A stretch of DNA of 64,000 nt, taken from positions 136,092,001-136,156,000 of the forward strand of contig NW_024704742.1 in the NCBI RefSeq assembly GCF_018977255.1. Reading direction: 5' to 3'. The translations under genes and the position numbers were made by a program. Each line of letters opens with the position of its first letter. Positions within the stretch are counted from its first letter, which is position 1. The stretch comes from Callorhinchus milii. Its lineage: Eukaryota. This document shows, one piece after another, positions 25,202 through 38,489 of this stretch. The notes under the pieces are model-generated. The model worked only from the letters and a program-made list of their open reading frames with translations, was not told the DNA's origin and made no database searches.

Positions 25202-25741
25202 ACTATGCAGTATAACAGGTATGTACTTTATCAACGACAAAGTGCCTTTCATGTCGGAGGACAATGCAGTATAATATAATAATCAGTCTAAACCAAGGAG
25301 GTATTTCTCTCCCTGTGAACTGAGTGTGGGATCAGGACAAATCCCGCTGCAGTATAATACAGTGCTATCCATTTGTCTCAAACCCATTTATATCAAATTG
25401 CACATAATTTGACAAAAACTGCACATTTTTCTGTCGCTAACAGCACTAGAACATTGTGTTATTGCTTGGTCAGCACGATGTCAACATCAACGGATAGGAC
25501 TCCACTACTAATAATAATGCTCATTGCATTTGATAATGCCTTATCGCTTTGGCAGGAGGTCTCAAAGCACTTCACAGGATTCACTGTTAAGTGTTAAAAT
25601 AATATCTGCGGATACAGTGTATAGTTTGGGACATGACATGTCAAGCACCTGCCAGGATGGTGGAAGGCAAACTAGATGGAACTTGGTCTTCTTTCACCTA
25701 GCAAATTCTTAGGCTCTTATGACTGTATTTGTAGGTAAACA

Positions 25742-26560
25742 CAACACCAACAACAACAAGATTACATTTGTAAAGCGCCTTTCACGTCGGGAGGACGTCC
25801 CGAGGCACTGGACAGTCAGAGTTATGGACCCAAACTGGGGGGTAGGGTAGAGGGGAGGGCGGGGGGGAAGCGGGGAGATCGAAAGCACGGTCGAAGAGGA
25901 GGGTCTTGAGATGGATCTTGAAGGTGGCGAGGGAGGGGACGAGGCGGAGGGACTGCGAGGTGGAGTGGTGGAAGGCCCGCCCGCCAATAGTGAGGCAAGT
26001 GAGGCGGGGAACATAAAGCAGGCTGGAGCCCGCTGAGCGGAGGGAGCGAGCAGGATGGTAGGGGAGTTGTAGGGGGGGAGCAAGACCATGGAAGGCTTAG
26101 AAGGTGAGGACCAGGATCTTGAATTGTATCCTCTGTGTGATGGGAAGGCAGTGGAGTTGGGTGAGGATGGGGGTGATAGGGTCGTGCTGCCTGGTGGCGG
26201 GACAGGACACGAGGGCTGCAGAGTTCTGGATGCTCTGCAGTCTGTGGAGGGAGGAGTTGGGGAGGCCGACAAGCAGTGAGTTTGCATAGTCGAGCCTTGA
26301 TGTAATGAAGGCGTGTATGAGGGTTTCGGGGACCTGCGCTGTGAGACGGTGGTGGAGACAGGCGATGCTGCGGAGGTGAGGAAAGACAGAGCGGGTCATG
26401 GCACAGATGGGGTAGAAAGGATAGTTGAGGGTCAAACAAGACCCCAAGATTCCGGACTGGCTTAGCGAGGTGCAGTGTGCAACCATGGATGGCGATGCTG
26501 TCAGCGCCTGAGGTGCGGAGGCGCTGACGGAAGCCAATCAGGAGAGCCTCAATTTGGGCA
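25742..26560 (-). mobile_element. L2 LINE 3' fragment
   Basis: EALLIG..KPVRNLGVLFDPQLSF, then frameshifted ETLIHAFITSRLDYANSLLVGLP..QNSAA..LHCLPITQRIQFKILVLTF; (TTG)n tail. Confidence 0.92.
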
Positions 26561-26790
26561 CAGAAGTGTCCCACAAACAGCTATTGAGCGAGTGACCAAT
26601 TTTACCTGTGAATTGTTGGACAGGAAACTGGTGAAGAGAAACTCCCTTCTCTTATGGAATAGCGCGATGGGATTTTACCCCATTGCATTGGAGTGTTAGC
26701 CTAAACTCTTTGAGTTCAAAATCCCAACATGGGGCTTAAACCCACAACCTTCTGACTCAGAGGTGAGAGTGCTATAAACTGAGCCAGGCT
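26560..26790 (-). mobile_element. SINE family B fragment
   Basis: AACCCACAACCTTCTGACTCAGAGGTGAGAGTGCTA..CTGAGCCAGGCT is the head in reverse. Confidence 0.8.
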
Positions 26791-27699
26791 TCACTTCAAT
26801 GGGATGGACGAATGAGACTTCCAATGCTAGATGAAGCACTTTGAGACAGCTTGATGACATGATAAGGCGCTATATTAAATGCAAGGATTATTATTACTAA
26901 TTATTACTAATGCCTATTCTGCAAAAAGCACACTCAAATGAAATGGGTTTACAGTTGATATGCTAATGCACTATTCATACATACATATACTATTTATAAT
27001 AATTACATATATATATATAACAAACCTTGTGTTTCTAAATAAAATATTAAGGTTCCAGACTCATAAATTTAATTTAATGTTTTGAAGGTTGAATGTTTTC
27101 CGTGGATTTCCTGGCCTGCAGCAGGTGTCACGCTGTTAAAGTAATCAAGTTAGTGTTTTCAGCTCAACCCAAAGGCGGAATTTATTGCTAGGTTGAATGG
27201 CTGGGATGAGTGTAATTTATAACGCGTCCGTTGGGAATGCATAGTAAGAGAACAAGAGAGGGAGAGAGAGAGAGAGAGAGAAGACAGAGAGAGAGAGAGA
27301 AAGAGAGAGAAAATGCCTCAGGTGCTGTATCCAGTTAGCTCTAACCCCACCATCCCCAATGGTTTAGTTTTGCCCACGAAATACACAGTCACTACACTTT
27401 ACACTATACCCTGCGAAGCGCTTTGAGACGTCTAGAAGACGTGATAAGGCGCTGTATCAAATGCACGGATTATTATTATTTCTTAATTAAGAAACCCAGC
27501 AGTACGCAACACAGCCATACAGAAAACACCACTCCAACACTATCCATTATCGGAGTGCAGTTCCCTCAGAGAATCTCGACTCAACTCAACTCTGGCTTCC
27601 CACGGTTTGGATTTCTTAATTCAGAAATTCCACCGAGAAACAGCGCAAAATTGCCCTTATCGCGATAGATGTAATTTGTGATCAGAGTTATTTTACTAA

Positions 27700-28005
27700 A
27701 AATAATAATAATCCTTGCATTTGATATAGCATCTCCTCTCGTCGTTGTGGGCAAAACTCAGTAACCAAAGCCACACAGAGGCGTCTCACAAACAGTTGTG
27801 GACTGAGTCACCAATTTAGAAAAAACACTTTTTTTAAGGGATTATTTCCCCCCGGAAAGCGATCCGCCAATCAACTAATAACCCGGCTCCTCCTTACTGC
27901 TAGGTAAACGGATGCTTGTGGAGGAAGGAAACTTGCTTAAGGTTTTTCCCCGAGATCCCCGGGAACCTAACCTGGGTCATCTCGCTCTAACCACTACAGG
28001 ACTCC
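27700..28005 (-). mobile_element. SINE family A
   Basis: Homology to the other copies. Confidence 0.82.
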
Positions 28006-28547
28006 TTTTTGTATTATTTCTCGGTGAACGCTGACTTAAACTGTGCCGAGAGCACTCTCAAAGTGAGGTAATTGCTTCCTTTTCAGTTCTCAGTCATTCT
28101 TTTTTTTAAATGCAAATATTGTTTCGAACGTTTACGCATTGTGCCAAGCTGTGAGTTATCGTTTTGTGAGATATTATATTTTTCCAGCATTGGTTTCCCC
28201 TCGAAGAAGCCTGAAATCAAGTCTCGCTTCAATGATTTTTGACCAACTTTTCGCACCCTCCCCCCCACAAAAGTGAGCGATAGTTTGCACCCGAATTAAA
28301 TAAGAAACAGCACAAATTATGTCACATACAATAATATTAATATTCCTTGCATTTGATATAATGCCTATAACATTGAAAATTCTCAACGTGTTTTGCAGTT
28401 TTTTGCCAAGTTTAGTGACTGTGTACGTTTCGCCCACAAAATACATAATCAATTCACTTTACAGTATATTCTGTGAAGTGCTTTGAGACGTCTTCGAGAC
28501 GTGATAAGCCGCTGTATCAAATGCAAGGATTTATTATTTATTATTAT

Positions 28548-28843
28548 TTTGTAGGTGAACGCAGCTGTCAATTTGTCCCACAAACAGCCATGAAACGAGT
28601 GACAGTTTTATCAGGCCGGGGCACTGAGTGAAACTCCCTTCTCCTTTTGAGTAGCCTTGCGAGACCTTTTAATGTCTGCCTCAAACATGCAGACAGGAAT
28701 TCAGAGGATGGCACCTCCAACAATGCAGCACTCCCCCAGCGCAGTGTCAGCCTAGACTGCGAGCTCAACGTCTGGACATGCGGCTTAAACCCACAGCCTT
28801 TCGCCTCACAGTGAGAGTGCTACGAGCTGAGCCAGGCTGACAC
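28548..28843 (-). mobile_element. SINE family B
   Basis: Homology to 20639-21068. Confidence 0.82.
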
Positions 28844-29884
28844 TCTTCCAAACTGGAGGAGAGGAGGGCCAGAGGACACAAAACATAGGATTGTTAGTTT
28901 AGAGATTAGCAGGACTAGAGCCAAGGTTAAAACGAACGCGAGTTTGCGAGCCACACAGCGGCTCTATTCAAGGGTAATTAAGCAGATTCTTAAGTCAATT
29001 AGCAATGCAGAGCGACTCCATTAAAGGTTCTATTAACACAGACATGCAGCCAGGAGCTGAGGTCTACACGTCTCTCAGCATTGATTTTCTGCTGGATTGC
29101 GAGCGAGCGAGCGAGAGGGAGTGGGGTGGGGAGGGGAGGGGGGAGCAGGGGGTTTATAGCACAGGCTGGCAAACGGGGAAGGGGAGGCAGCAGGCACGAC
29201 CAAAGCGAATTGACTGTATAATGTGTGGGCGAAATGCGGCAGCGAATTGTGGGGTTCCACAAATGACATGGATTGAGTGATCAAATTACTTTGCTCCCTC
29301 AACACACTTCCGCGCACACACACACACACACACACACTGGGTTGGATGGGGAATGCCCGACCAAAAGCACTGGTTCAGAAAAATCCATAATAGCTTAATA
29401 ATATAATAATAATCCTTGCGTTTGATATAGCGCCTTATCATGTCTGCGAGATGTCTCAAAGCACTTCACAGGATGTACTGTAAAGCGAATTGACTATATG
29501 TTTTGCGGTTACAACGCGGCAGTCAATTGAGCACAAAGATAAAGGGAATCAGACTAATAATTGAAGGAAAATATAAAAGGGTTTGTGTGTGGAGGGGGAG
29601 AAGGCCAAGCACAGATCCAGATCAAAAAACAAACTGTTAACACAGGTATGGGGGCTGAATGGTCTTCTACTAGAATAATTTTACAGCACAGAGTAATAAT
29701 AATAATAATCCTTGCATTTGATATAGCGCTTTTTACGTCTCAGACAGAATATACTTTAAAGTGAATTGATCGTATATTTGTGGGCGAAACCCGGCAGCCA
29801 ATTGCACACAGCAGCGTCCCATAAACAGTCGTGGATTGAAAATGACCAATTTATTATTGCTTTTGTTTGGGAAGGATTATTATT

Positions 29885-30190
29885 AGGAGGCCATACAGCC
29901 CAACGTGCCTGTGCCAGCTCTTTGAAAGAGTTATCCAACTAGTCTCACTCTCCCGCTCCTACCCCAAAGCCCTGCAATTGTTTCCTTTTGTAGTACTTAT
30001 CCAATTCCCTTTGAAAGCGACTATCAAATCTGCTTCCATCTCCCTATCAGGCAGTGCATTTTAGACGGTAACAATTCTCTGGGTTAAAAAAAAAAGTCTC
30101 CTCGTCTCCCCTCCGGTTCTTTTGGCAATTATCTTAAACCTGTATCCTCTGGTGACTGACCCAACCGCCAGAGGAAACAGCTTCCCCCTC
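29885..30190 (-). mobile_element. CR1 LINE 3' fragment (second subfamily)
   Basis: GKLFPLAVGSVTRGYRFKIIAKRTGGETRRLFFLTQRIV is a CR1 ORF2 C-terminus; related to 60741-61320. Confidence 0.85.
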
Positions 30191-30479
30191 TTCTGTAAAG
30201 TTTCTGAGGGGGGGGAATGGGGAGGGTAGCACCTGGTTCGTATGGAGAGAACAGGAGAGCGGTCTCTGGTGGGGGTCTGAGTGATGGAGATGTTTTCAGA
30301 ATTTACAACACAACAAGGGAAAAAAAACACAAGGATTATCAGCAGAAGCCGAACTCTCTCTCCGAGGACACATTTCCACTATCAATATCTTTCCATTTCA
30401 TCTTCCTTCTCTGACAACTCACACACACCACAGCAATTTCACCACAGCTCAAAGCACACAGCAAGGTCCAAAAAACAGC

Positions 30480-30756
30480 CGTAAAGCGAATGACCAATTT
30501 TATTTGGAGGATGGTTGGCTGGGAAGAGAAAAACTCTCTTCTCTTTCCAAATAGTGGCGAGAGATCTTTACGTCCACTTGAACAGGGACCTCAGTTTAAC
30601 ATCTCATGTAAGATGGCACCTCCAACAATATGGCTCCGCTAGAACTGCACTGGAGCATTAGCCTAAACTCAAAGAGCTCAAAGTCCCGATGCGGGACTTG
30701 AACCCACAACCTTCCGAATCAGAGGCAAGAGGACAAACTACTGAGCCAGGCTGACC
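30480..30756 (-). mobile_element. SINE family B
   Basis: Homology to 20639-21068. Confidence 0.8.
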
Positions 30757-31309
30757 CCTACATTTAATAATAATAATACTTGCATTTGATCTAGCGCCTC
30801 ATCACATCGTTGGGACGTCTCAAAGCGCTTCGCAGAAGATATTGTAGAGCGGATTGACCGTGGGCAAAACATGGCAGCCGATTGCGTACAGCAGTGTCCC
30901 ACAAACAGTCGTGGATTGATTGACAAATAGATATATATATATATTTCTTTTTGGAGGGATTTCCTTTCAGCTGAGTTTCATCAATTTGTAGATTTGAAAG
31001 CGACATTATAAAGCAGTGAGAACACGATGGTTTAATTTGCGAATTGACTTTGAGAATGAATTTCTGAATAAGGAACTTAATTGATTCCTCCTTCGAGGAT
31101 TTGGTTGGAGGTGATGGTAAGCGAGAGCGAGAGAAAGAGAGAAGACTCTGTAAACAAATCTGATCCCTGTATAGTGGATCATTTATTTGCATAGGTTCCC
31201 AGAGAATTTCTCAGCCAATGCTGCGAATCCCAAACCGAACAGAGGATTAAAAAATATATAAAAACAGAAAGGCAAATTTTCTATCCACGGAAGAAAATTG
31301 ATCAGTATT

Positions 31310-31342
<33 letters not shown>

Positions 31343-31985
31343 CCCCCCTCCCCCACTCTCTCTCGCCTGCCTTTTCTCTATTCCCCCATTCTCGCTCTCT
31401 CTTCCCTCTCCCTCCTTCGCCCCCTTCTCTCCCCCTTCTCCCTCCGCCCCACCACCCCGCTCGCTCCCTACCTCCCTCCCCCTATCTCCCCCTCTCCCCC
31501 CTTCTCTCCCTCTCTCCCCACTCTTTCTCTCTCCCCCTCTCTCCCCACTCTTTCCCTCTCCCCCCTCTCTCCACCCTTTCCCTCTCCACCTCTCTCTCTC
31601 TCCCCCCCCCCTTCTCTCCCCCTCTCCCCACCCTTTCCCCGTTACTCTCCCTCTCTCCCCACCCTTTCCCTCTCACCCTCTCTCTCTCCCCCCTTCTCTC
31701 CCCTTCTCCCCACCCTTTCCCTCTCCCCGTCTCTCCCCACTTCTCTCCCCCTCTCCCCACCCTTTCCCTCTCCCCCCTCCCCTTCCTCCCTCTCTCTCTC
31801 TTCTCTCCCTGCCTCTCCCCTTCCCAACTCTCTCCCCCCTGCCCCCTCTCCCCATCTCTCCCCTTCTCTCCCTCTCTCCCCTCTCTCTTCCCCCCCCATT
31901 CTCTTTCTCTCTCTCTTCTTATCTCTCTCCCATTTTCCTTCCTCTCCCTCATGGTCACTCTCTGCCCTCCCTCCCTCATCTCTCT
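31310..31985. repeat. Polypyrimidine (CT-rich) tract
   Basis: Direct inspection. Confidence 0.92.
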
Positions 31986-32085
31986 CAGTCAACGGAAGAC
32001 CTGTGTAGGTCACTCACAATTACAAGATACATTTTACGCCCAACTGAGAAATTGGAAATAAAATCCTCAGTGCTCAAAGAATTAA

Positions 32086-32378
32086 GAGTCTTGTAGCGTA
32101 ATGGTTAGAGCACTCGCCTCGCAAGCGAGAGGACCCGGATTTGATTCCCAGGCAGGACAAAATCTTGGGCAAGTTTCCCTGCTCCACACGCCTCTGTTTA
32201 CTGAGCAGTAAGTAGGAACCCGGTTGTTATTCGATTGGCAGATCGCTTTCTAAGGGGTAATAATCCCTCCGCCCCCAAAAATGTGGTCAATCAACCTACG
32301 ACTGTTTGTACGCCATTGGCTGCCGCAGTTCGCTCACAAAATACACAGTCCATCCACTCTTCACTATATCCTGTGAAG
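32086..32378 (+). mobile_element. SINE family A, 3'-truncated
   Basis: Head, centre and partial tail. Confidence 0.88.
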
Positions 32379-33479
32379 CTGCAGCTCTTAAGACAATGCA
32401 GTTCGCCTTCACCTATCCCCCTTGACACCGTACTGGGAAACACCAGTAGATCTTAATCTGGTCCAAACTAATCCAAGTCAGTTGGAAATACGTTGAGCCA
32501 ATCCAGGATCTCACACAAGCAGCCTGTGTGGGCAAAAAGACATGCACGTTTGGATGAACGCAGTCCTGGGCAGTGAGAGAGGGGGAGAGGGTGCGAAGAG
32601 ATCTACAATATCAGAGGTGCCATTCTTCGGATGAGACGTTAAACCGAGGTCCCTCGGAACAGGAGTAGGCCATTCAGCCCCTCGTGCCTGTTCCGCCATT
32701 CTGTTAGATCGCGGCTGATATGAAGGACAACCATTATTTAAATAGAGAAGGGAGTGTCTGCCTAGCGTCCTGGCCAACAGATACAACTGGTCACTCGCTC
32801 GCTGCACGGCTGCTGGCTGTGCGCAATTTGGCGCTACTTTCACCAACAAATGCACAGCCACTACACTTCACAAGCGGTAACCTGTGATGTGCTTCACACA
32901 GCACAAAAACAGGCCATTCAATCCAACGAGTGTCTGCTGGTGTCCTCACACCCTACGGTGGGCAGAGCACAGCTGTTGCACAGTGCCATGGGATCTTTAA
33001 CATCCACCTGGACAGGAACGGCCCAGTCCTTGGTTTACCATCTGATCTGGAGGACTCCGTTATTTGTAAATAGGAGGGAGTTTCTCTTGGTGTCCTGACA
33101 ACATCAGGAAAGAGTGGGGCAGTGGGACTAACTGGTAGCTCTTTGAAAGAGCCTGCACAGGCATGATAGGCCGAATGGCCTCCTTCTGCGCTGTAAGTCT
33201 CTATGATTCTAACAATCTCCAGGATAAAAATAATCGTTCACTTCACAATTGACTGACTGCTGAGTTCACCTCCAAAACAGTCATAGTAATTTGACAGTAA
33301 CTCCTGCGAAGAACTGCTTTGAGACGCGATGAAGAGTTGTGACATATGAAGATTATTATAAATGTAATAGGATGACATCTCCAACAATGAGGCCCAGCAC
33401 TGCGCTGGGGCATCAGCCTAGATAGTGAGCTCAAACCCTTGACATGGGGCTTGAACCCACAGCCTTCAGACGCTATTGG

Positions 33480-33852
33480 GGGAGTCGTGTAGCTCAGTGG
33501 TTAGAGCACTCGCCTCGCAAGCCAGAGGACCTGGGTTCAATTCCTGGACAGGGCGAAACCTTGGGCAAGTTTCCTCACTCCACACGCCTCTGTTTAGCTT
33601 CGCAGTAAGTAGGAACCCGGTTGTTAGTCGATTGGCAGATTGCTTTTCCAGAGGTAATAATCCCTTCAGAGATACAAAACGATAATAATTGGGTCACTCA
33701 ATTCACGACTGTTTGTGGGACGCTGCTGTGCGCAACTGGCTGCCGTGTTTCGCCCACAGTCAAATCACTACCGTACATCCTGTGAAGCGCTTTGAGACGT
33801 CACGAAGACGTGATAAGGCGCTATATCAATGCAAGGATTATTATTATTATTG
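33480..33852 (+). mobile_element. SINE family A, full length
   Basis: A box TAGCTCAGTGG, B box GGTTCAATTCC, CORE-like AACCTTGGGCAAGT...GCCTCTGTTT, and a tail ending GCAAGGATTATTATTATT. Confidence 0.93.
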
Positions 33853-34184
33853 ATAATATTCCAGCAGGAGGAGGGAAGCAACCATTGTCCCTATCTGTCC
33901 CAATCAATAACCAAAGGCTACTCCGATTTCACTGCACCATGTAAATAAAATCAGCTCTTTAGTTCCCGAGGATGCTATTGATTAATCCTTCACAGTAGCA
34001 TCAAAGAACGGAATCTAGTCTCAGTTCCCTGAGGTGACCGGACCACAGCTGTCCATCAAAACAATTCATTTAAAACCCTCTAAAGCGGAGAGGAGGTGAG
34101 AGGAAAGGCTGGAGGAACTTTTTCTCTTCCCTCATCCCCTCGCACCGTCAAACTACTTCTGCTTAATACTAATCTTCGCAATTT

Positions 34185-34357
34185 TTCTTAGAGGGGTTAC
34201 TACCCCCGGAAAAATAATCCGCCGATCGATTAACAACCGGGTTCCTACTTACTGCTGGATAAACGGACACGTGTGGAGTAAGGAAACTCGCCTAAGGTTT
34301 CGCCCCGGCCAGAGAATCAAACCAGGGTCCTCTCGCTTGTGAGGCGAGTGCTCTAAC
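34185..34357 (-). mobile_element. SINE family A head/centre
   Basis: Inverted relative to 33480-33852. Confidence 0.85.
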
Positions 34358-34916
34358 ACACACACACAGTCATCCACAAACACAATCATCCACACACACA
34401 TACAATCATCCACACACACACAATCAGACACACACACATACACACACACACAATCATCCACACACACACAATCAGCCACACACACTCCAATCATCCACAA
34501 ACACACAATCATCCACAAACACACAATCATCCACATACACACACACAATCACACACACAGTCATCCACACACACAATCATCCACACACACACACAGTCAT
34601 CCACACACATAATCATCCACACACACACAATCATCCACACACACACACACACACAATCATCCACACACACACACACAATCATCCACACACACACACATAT
34701 ATAATATCATCCACACACACACACAATCATCCACACACACACACACACAATCATCCACACACACACACAATCAGCCACACAACACACACACATAATCATC
34801 CACACACACACACAATCATCCACACACATATACAATCATCCACACACACACAATCATCCACACACACATACAATCATCCACACACACACACAATCATCCA
34901 CACACACACAATCATC

Positions 34917-34947
<31 letters not shown>

Positions 34948-35621
34948 ATCCACACACACACACAATCATCCACACACACACAATCGTCCACACACATAAT
35001 CATCCACACACACACAATCATCCACACACACACACAATCATCCACACACACACTCCAATCATCCACACACACACACACAATCATCCACACACACACAATC
35101 ATCCACACACACACAATCATCCACACACACACAATCATCCACACACATAATCATCCACACACACACAATCATCCACACACACACACAATCATCCACACAC
35201 ACACACACACACACAATCATCTACACACACACACAATCATCCACACACACACAATCATCCACACACACATACAATCATCCACACAAACATACAATCATCC
35301 ACACACACAATCATCAACACAATCAGCCACACACACACACACACACAATCATCCACACACACATACAAAATCAGCCACACACACTCCAATCATCCACACA
35401 CACACACACAATCATCCACACACACACACAATCATCCACACACACACAATCATCCACACACACACACAATCATCCACACACACACAATCAGCCGCACAAC
35501 ACACACACACACACACACACAATCATCCACACACACAATCATCCACGCACATACACAATCATCCACACACACATACAATCATCCACACACACACACAATC
35601 ATCCACACACACACAATCATC

Positions 35622-35652
<31 letters not shown>

Positions 35653-35890
35653 ATCCACACACACACACAATCATCCACACACACACAATCGTCCACACAC
35701 ATAATCATCCACACACACACAATCATCCACACACACACACAATCATCCACACACACACAATCAGCCGCACAACACACACACACACACACATACACAATCA
35801 TCCACACACACATACAATCATCCACACACACACACAATCATCCACACACACACACACCCCAATCTTCCACACACACACACAATCAGCCAC
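34355..35890. repeat. Composite microsatellite ((CA)n-ATCATC)n
   Basis: Direct inspection. Confidence 0.95.
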
Positions 35891-36111
35891 ACTGCACTGC
35901 ATTTTCCTGGACTGTGTGAGTTCAGAATGCTGACGTGGGGGTTTGAACCCCCCAATCCTCTGACTCAGAGGTAAGAGCGCTACCGAATGAGCGAGACCGG
36001 CACCCAAACACAGTAACCGGTCAACGCCGCACTATTTCCGTGTGGGTTCAGAGCTGAAGGGAAGTCAGGGACAGGGGATGAGAGGGTGGGATTGTAAATA
36101 ATAATTAAAAT

Positions 36112-36213
36112 AGGTGGGATACTTGGAATTGAGGTACGGAGCAGCCATGATCTAATAGAATGGCGGAACAGACTCGAGGGGCTGAATGGCCTCCTCCTGT
36201 TCCTGTGTTCCTA
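36112..36213 (+). mobile_element. CR1 3' tail fragment
   Basis: AGCCATGATCTAATAGAATGGCGGAACAGACTCGAGGGGCTGAATGGCCTCCTCCTGTTCC. Confidence 0.8.
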
Positions 36214-38489
36214 TATACTCCTATGTGGGGGGGTGGTCGGTGGAGTGCAGTTGGGCGTTAAAGACGCTAAGAATCGTTTCGCAAATGATTACGGAGGCAG
36301 AATCCTTCACACTGCCCTCCGTGGGAATCCAGTTACGCAGAGCGCTGTGGTTGCATTGCTCCTCGATGATATCCTGGACCTTTAATGACTGCAGAAGAAA
36401 ATACCATCAAATATTTAAGGAGGGGAAGAAACAGCACTTTGCAGCACAAATCTGCTACAGACACGATACACTCCAAACACCGAGGTGAAATGGCAATGTG
36501 CCAACCAACTGTACTCATCAACCAGTTTGACAGCCTTCAATTAATGCAGTCCGGTTGGCCGTATGTGGTCTATTTGTGGGACGCCGCTGTGCGCAATCGG
36601 CTGCCGCTTTTCACCCCCAAAATACCACAGTCAATAAACTTCACAATGTATACTCCGCGAAGCGTTTTGAGACGTCTTAACGGAGCGATAAAGGCTCTAT
36701 GTCGCAGCCCAGGGTTATTATTGTAAACGCACAGTCCCTCCGCTTCACAGCCAAACCTGTGAAGCGCTTCGAGAAGTCCTAGCGATGGGATAAGCCGCTA
36801 TCACCAAATGCAAGGATCATTATCATCATCATTGCTGCAATGTCGTACAGCACTTATCTCAAAGTGCTCCACAAGGAGTCCACACCATAGCTCCACAGAG
36901 CTATACAATACAATACAAAATTACCTTTGAACAGCAGACAAGAGATCCACAACAAACCTCCAAAATTCTAATGCCTTGAGTTAACTCAACTTACTCACCC
37001 TTCCGGGTCAGAAGGTTGTCGGGACTTTGAGCTCACAGTCTAGGCTGACACCCCAATAAAGTGATTGGGGTACGCACAGAAATTGTCACTCGATCCACAA
37101 CGGTTTGCGGGCCACCGCTGTGCGCAACACAACATATCCTGTGAAGCGCTTTGAGACGTCTCGACGACGTGATAAGGAGTTATATCAAGCGCGAGGATTA
37201 TTATCATCGTCATTGTAATCAGGTGCCGGCTGGCGAGAGCCGAGGCTTTGGAGGACACCTCAGGATGAGCTACACGTAGTCACTTTCGAGCGCAGTGACT
37301 ATTCTCGGAAGTGCATCGCAGTCGCCCGTTTTTTGCGGCAGCAAACGCGCTGCGAGACGGGGCGTGGGGAGGATCGAGAGGGCGGGGAGGATTGAGAAGG
37401 TGCAGTCAATGGGAGAAGAGGAGGAAAAGAAAGAGGCAATGTGATGTTAAGGCAAAAAATAACAAAACCCATGGCAATACTGTGACACAGCCCGGGCTGC
37501 GTAACAATAAACACAGCAGCCGGGCCGAATGGGACTGTGAAAAATCAATTTGGAAGATCCATTCTACTGCACAGAAGCTTTTTGGCTCTGGGGGTCACCT
37601 CAAATCTCATCTCGACGACATTACTCCCACCGATGCTTTGTACGTGAGCCGCGGCTTCCAGACAGCCCGCAAATCACTCGACTACCTTGATCTCTTCATT
37701 CCCCACCGTCTCAACACCCCACCTCTCTCCGCACCCCCACCTCCCCTCGATTTCCCTCCCTCCCCCCCCCCCCCCCTCCCCGATCAGTCTCCGATCACAT
37801 TGTTCTGTAAAGCCTTTGAGAAGTTTAATTCTTCGGCAATGTTTCCTCACTCCGCACCCCTCAGTTTACCCGGCAGTCAGTTGGTCGATTGGCGGGTCCG
37901 CTCTCCCGGGGTAACAATCCTTCCCCCCAAAAAAAAAGAATTTGGTCGCTCAATCCACGACGCCACTCTGTGCGCCATTCACCCACACAATACATAGCCA
38001 CTCCACTTTACAGGACGCTCTGTGAAGCGCTTTGCGACGTCTCGATGATGTGATAAGGCGCGGTATCACATGCAAGGATTAGAACGATGTTATTAATGCA
38101 AATTACAGCTTTTCCCTGATTGAGCTGTGCGCAAATTGGCCGACAAATTCACCTTCAAGATACAGTTACTACATTTTGCGGTAAACCCTGTGAGACATCT
38201 TCCCGTCGGCACAGTATCAAAACACAAGGATTATCTTTTAGGATTCTTATGAAACCTGTCGACTCGAAGGAGGGTTTTTTTTTGGGGGGTTAATAAGGAA
38301 AGTTGTGACAGAGAATCAGCCTCAGACCAGCTCATGGGAGACTGACGCTTCCTGTTTGATCTGCGAGAATTTTAACCAATTTTCAACAGAGTCCACACAG
38401 AGCATTCGATACTCCTCTAATACTCAAAACCCTTCACGTGGAATGCTGTCAAGTGCAGTGACTCAACACCGCAACCTCCACACACGCAG

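Noticed and set aside
32012..32060. 26-nt minus-strand microexon with a good acceptor and GTGAGT
   Set aside because: Length is not a multiple of three and the exonic donor context (ATT) is poor; likely chance.
33481..33555. tRNA-Ala/Val genes (also 21729, 53186 and others)
   Set aside because: Each continues into the SINE body with no oligo-T terminator, so these are SINE heads.
37311..37997. 228-aa ORF in partly unique sequence
   Set aside because: Non-ATG start, no recognisable domain, and it runs through a C-tract into a SINE.
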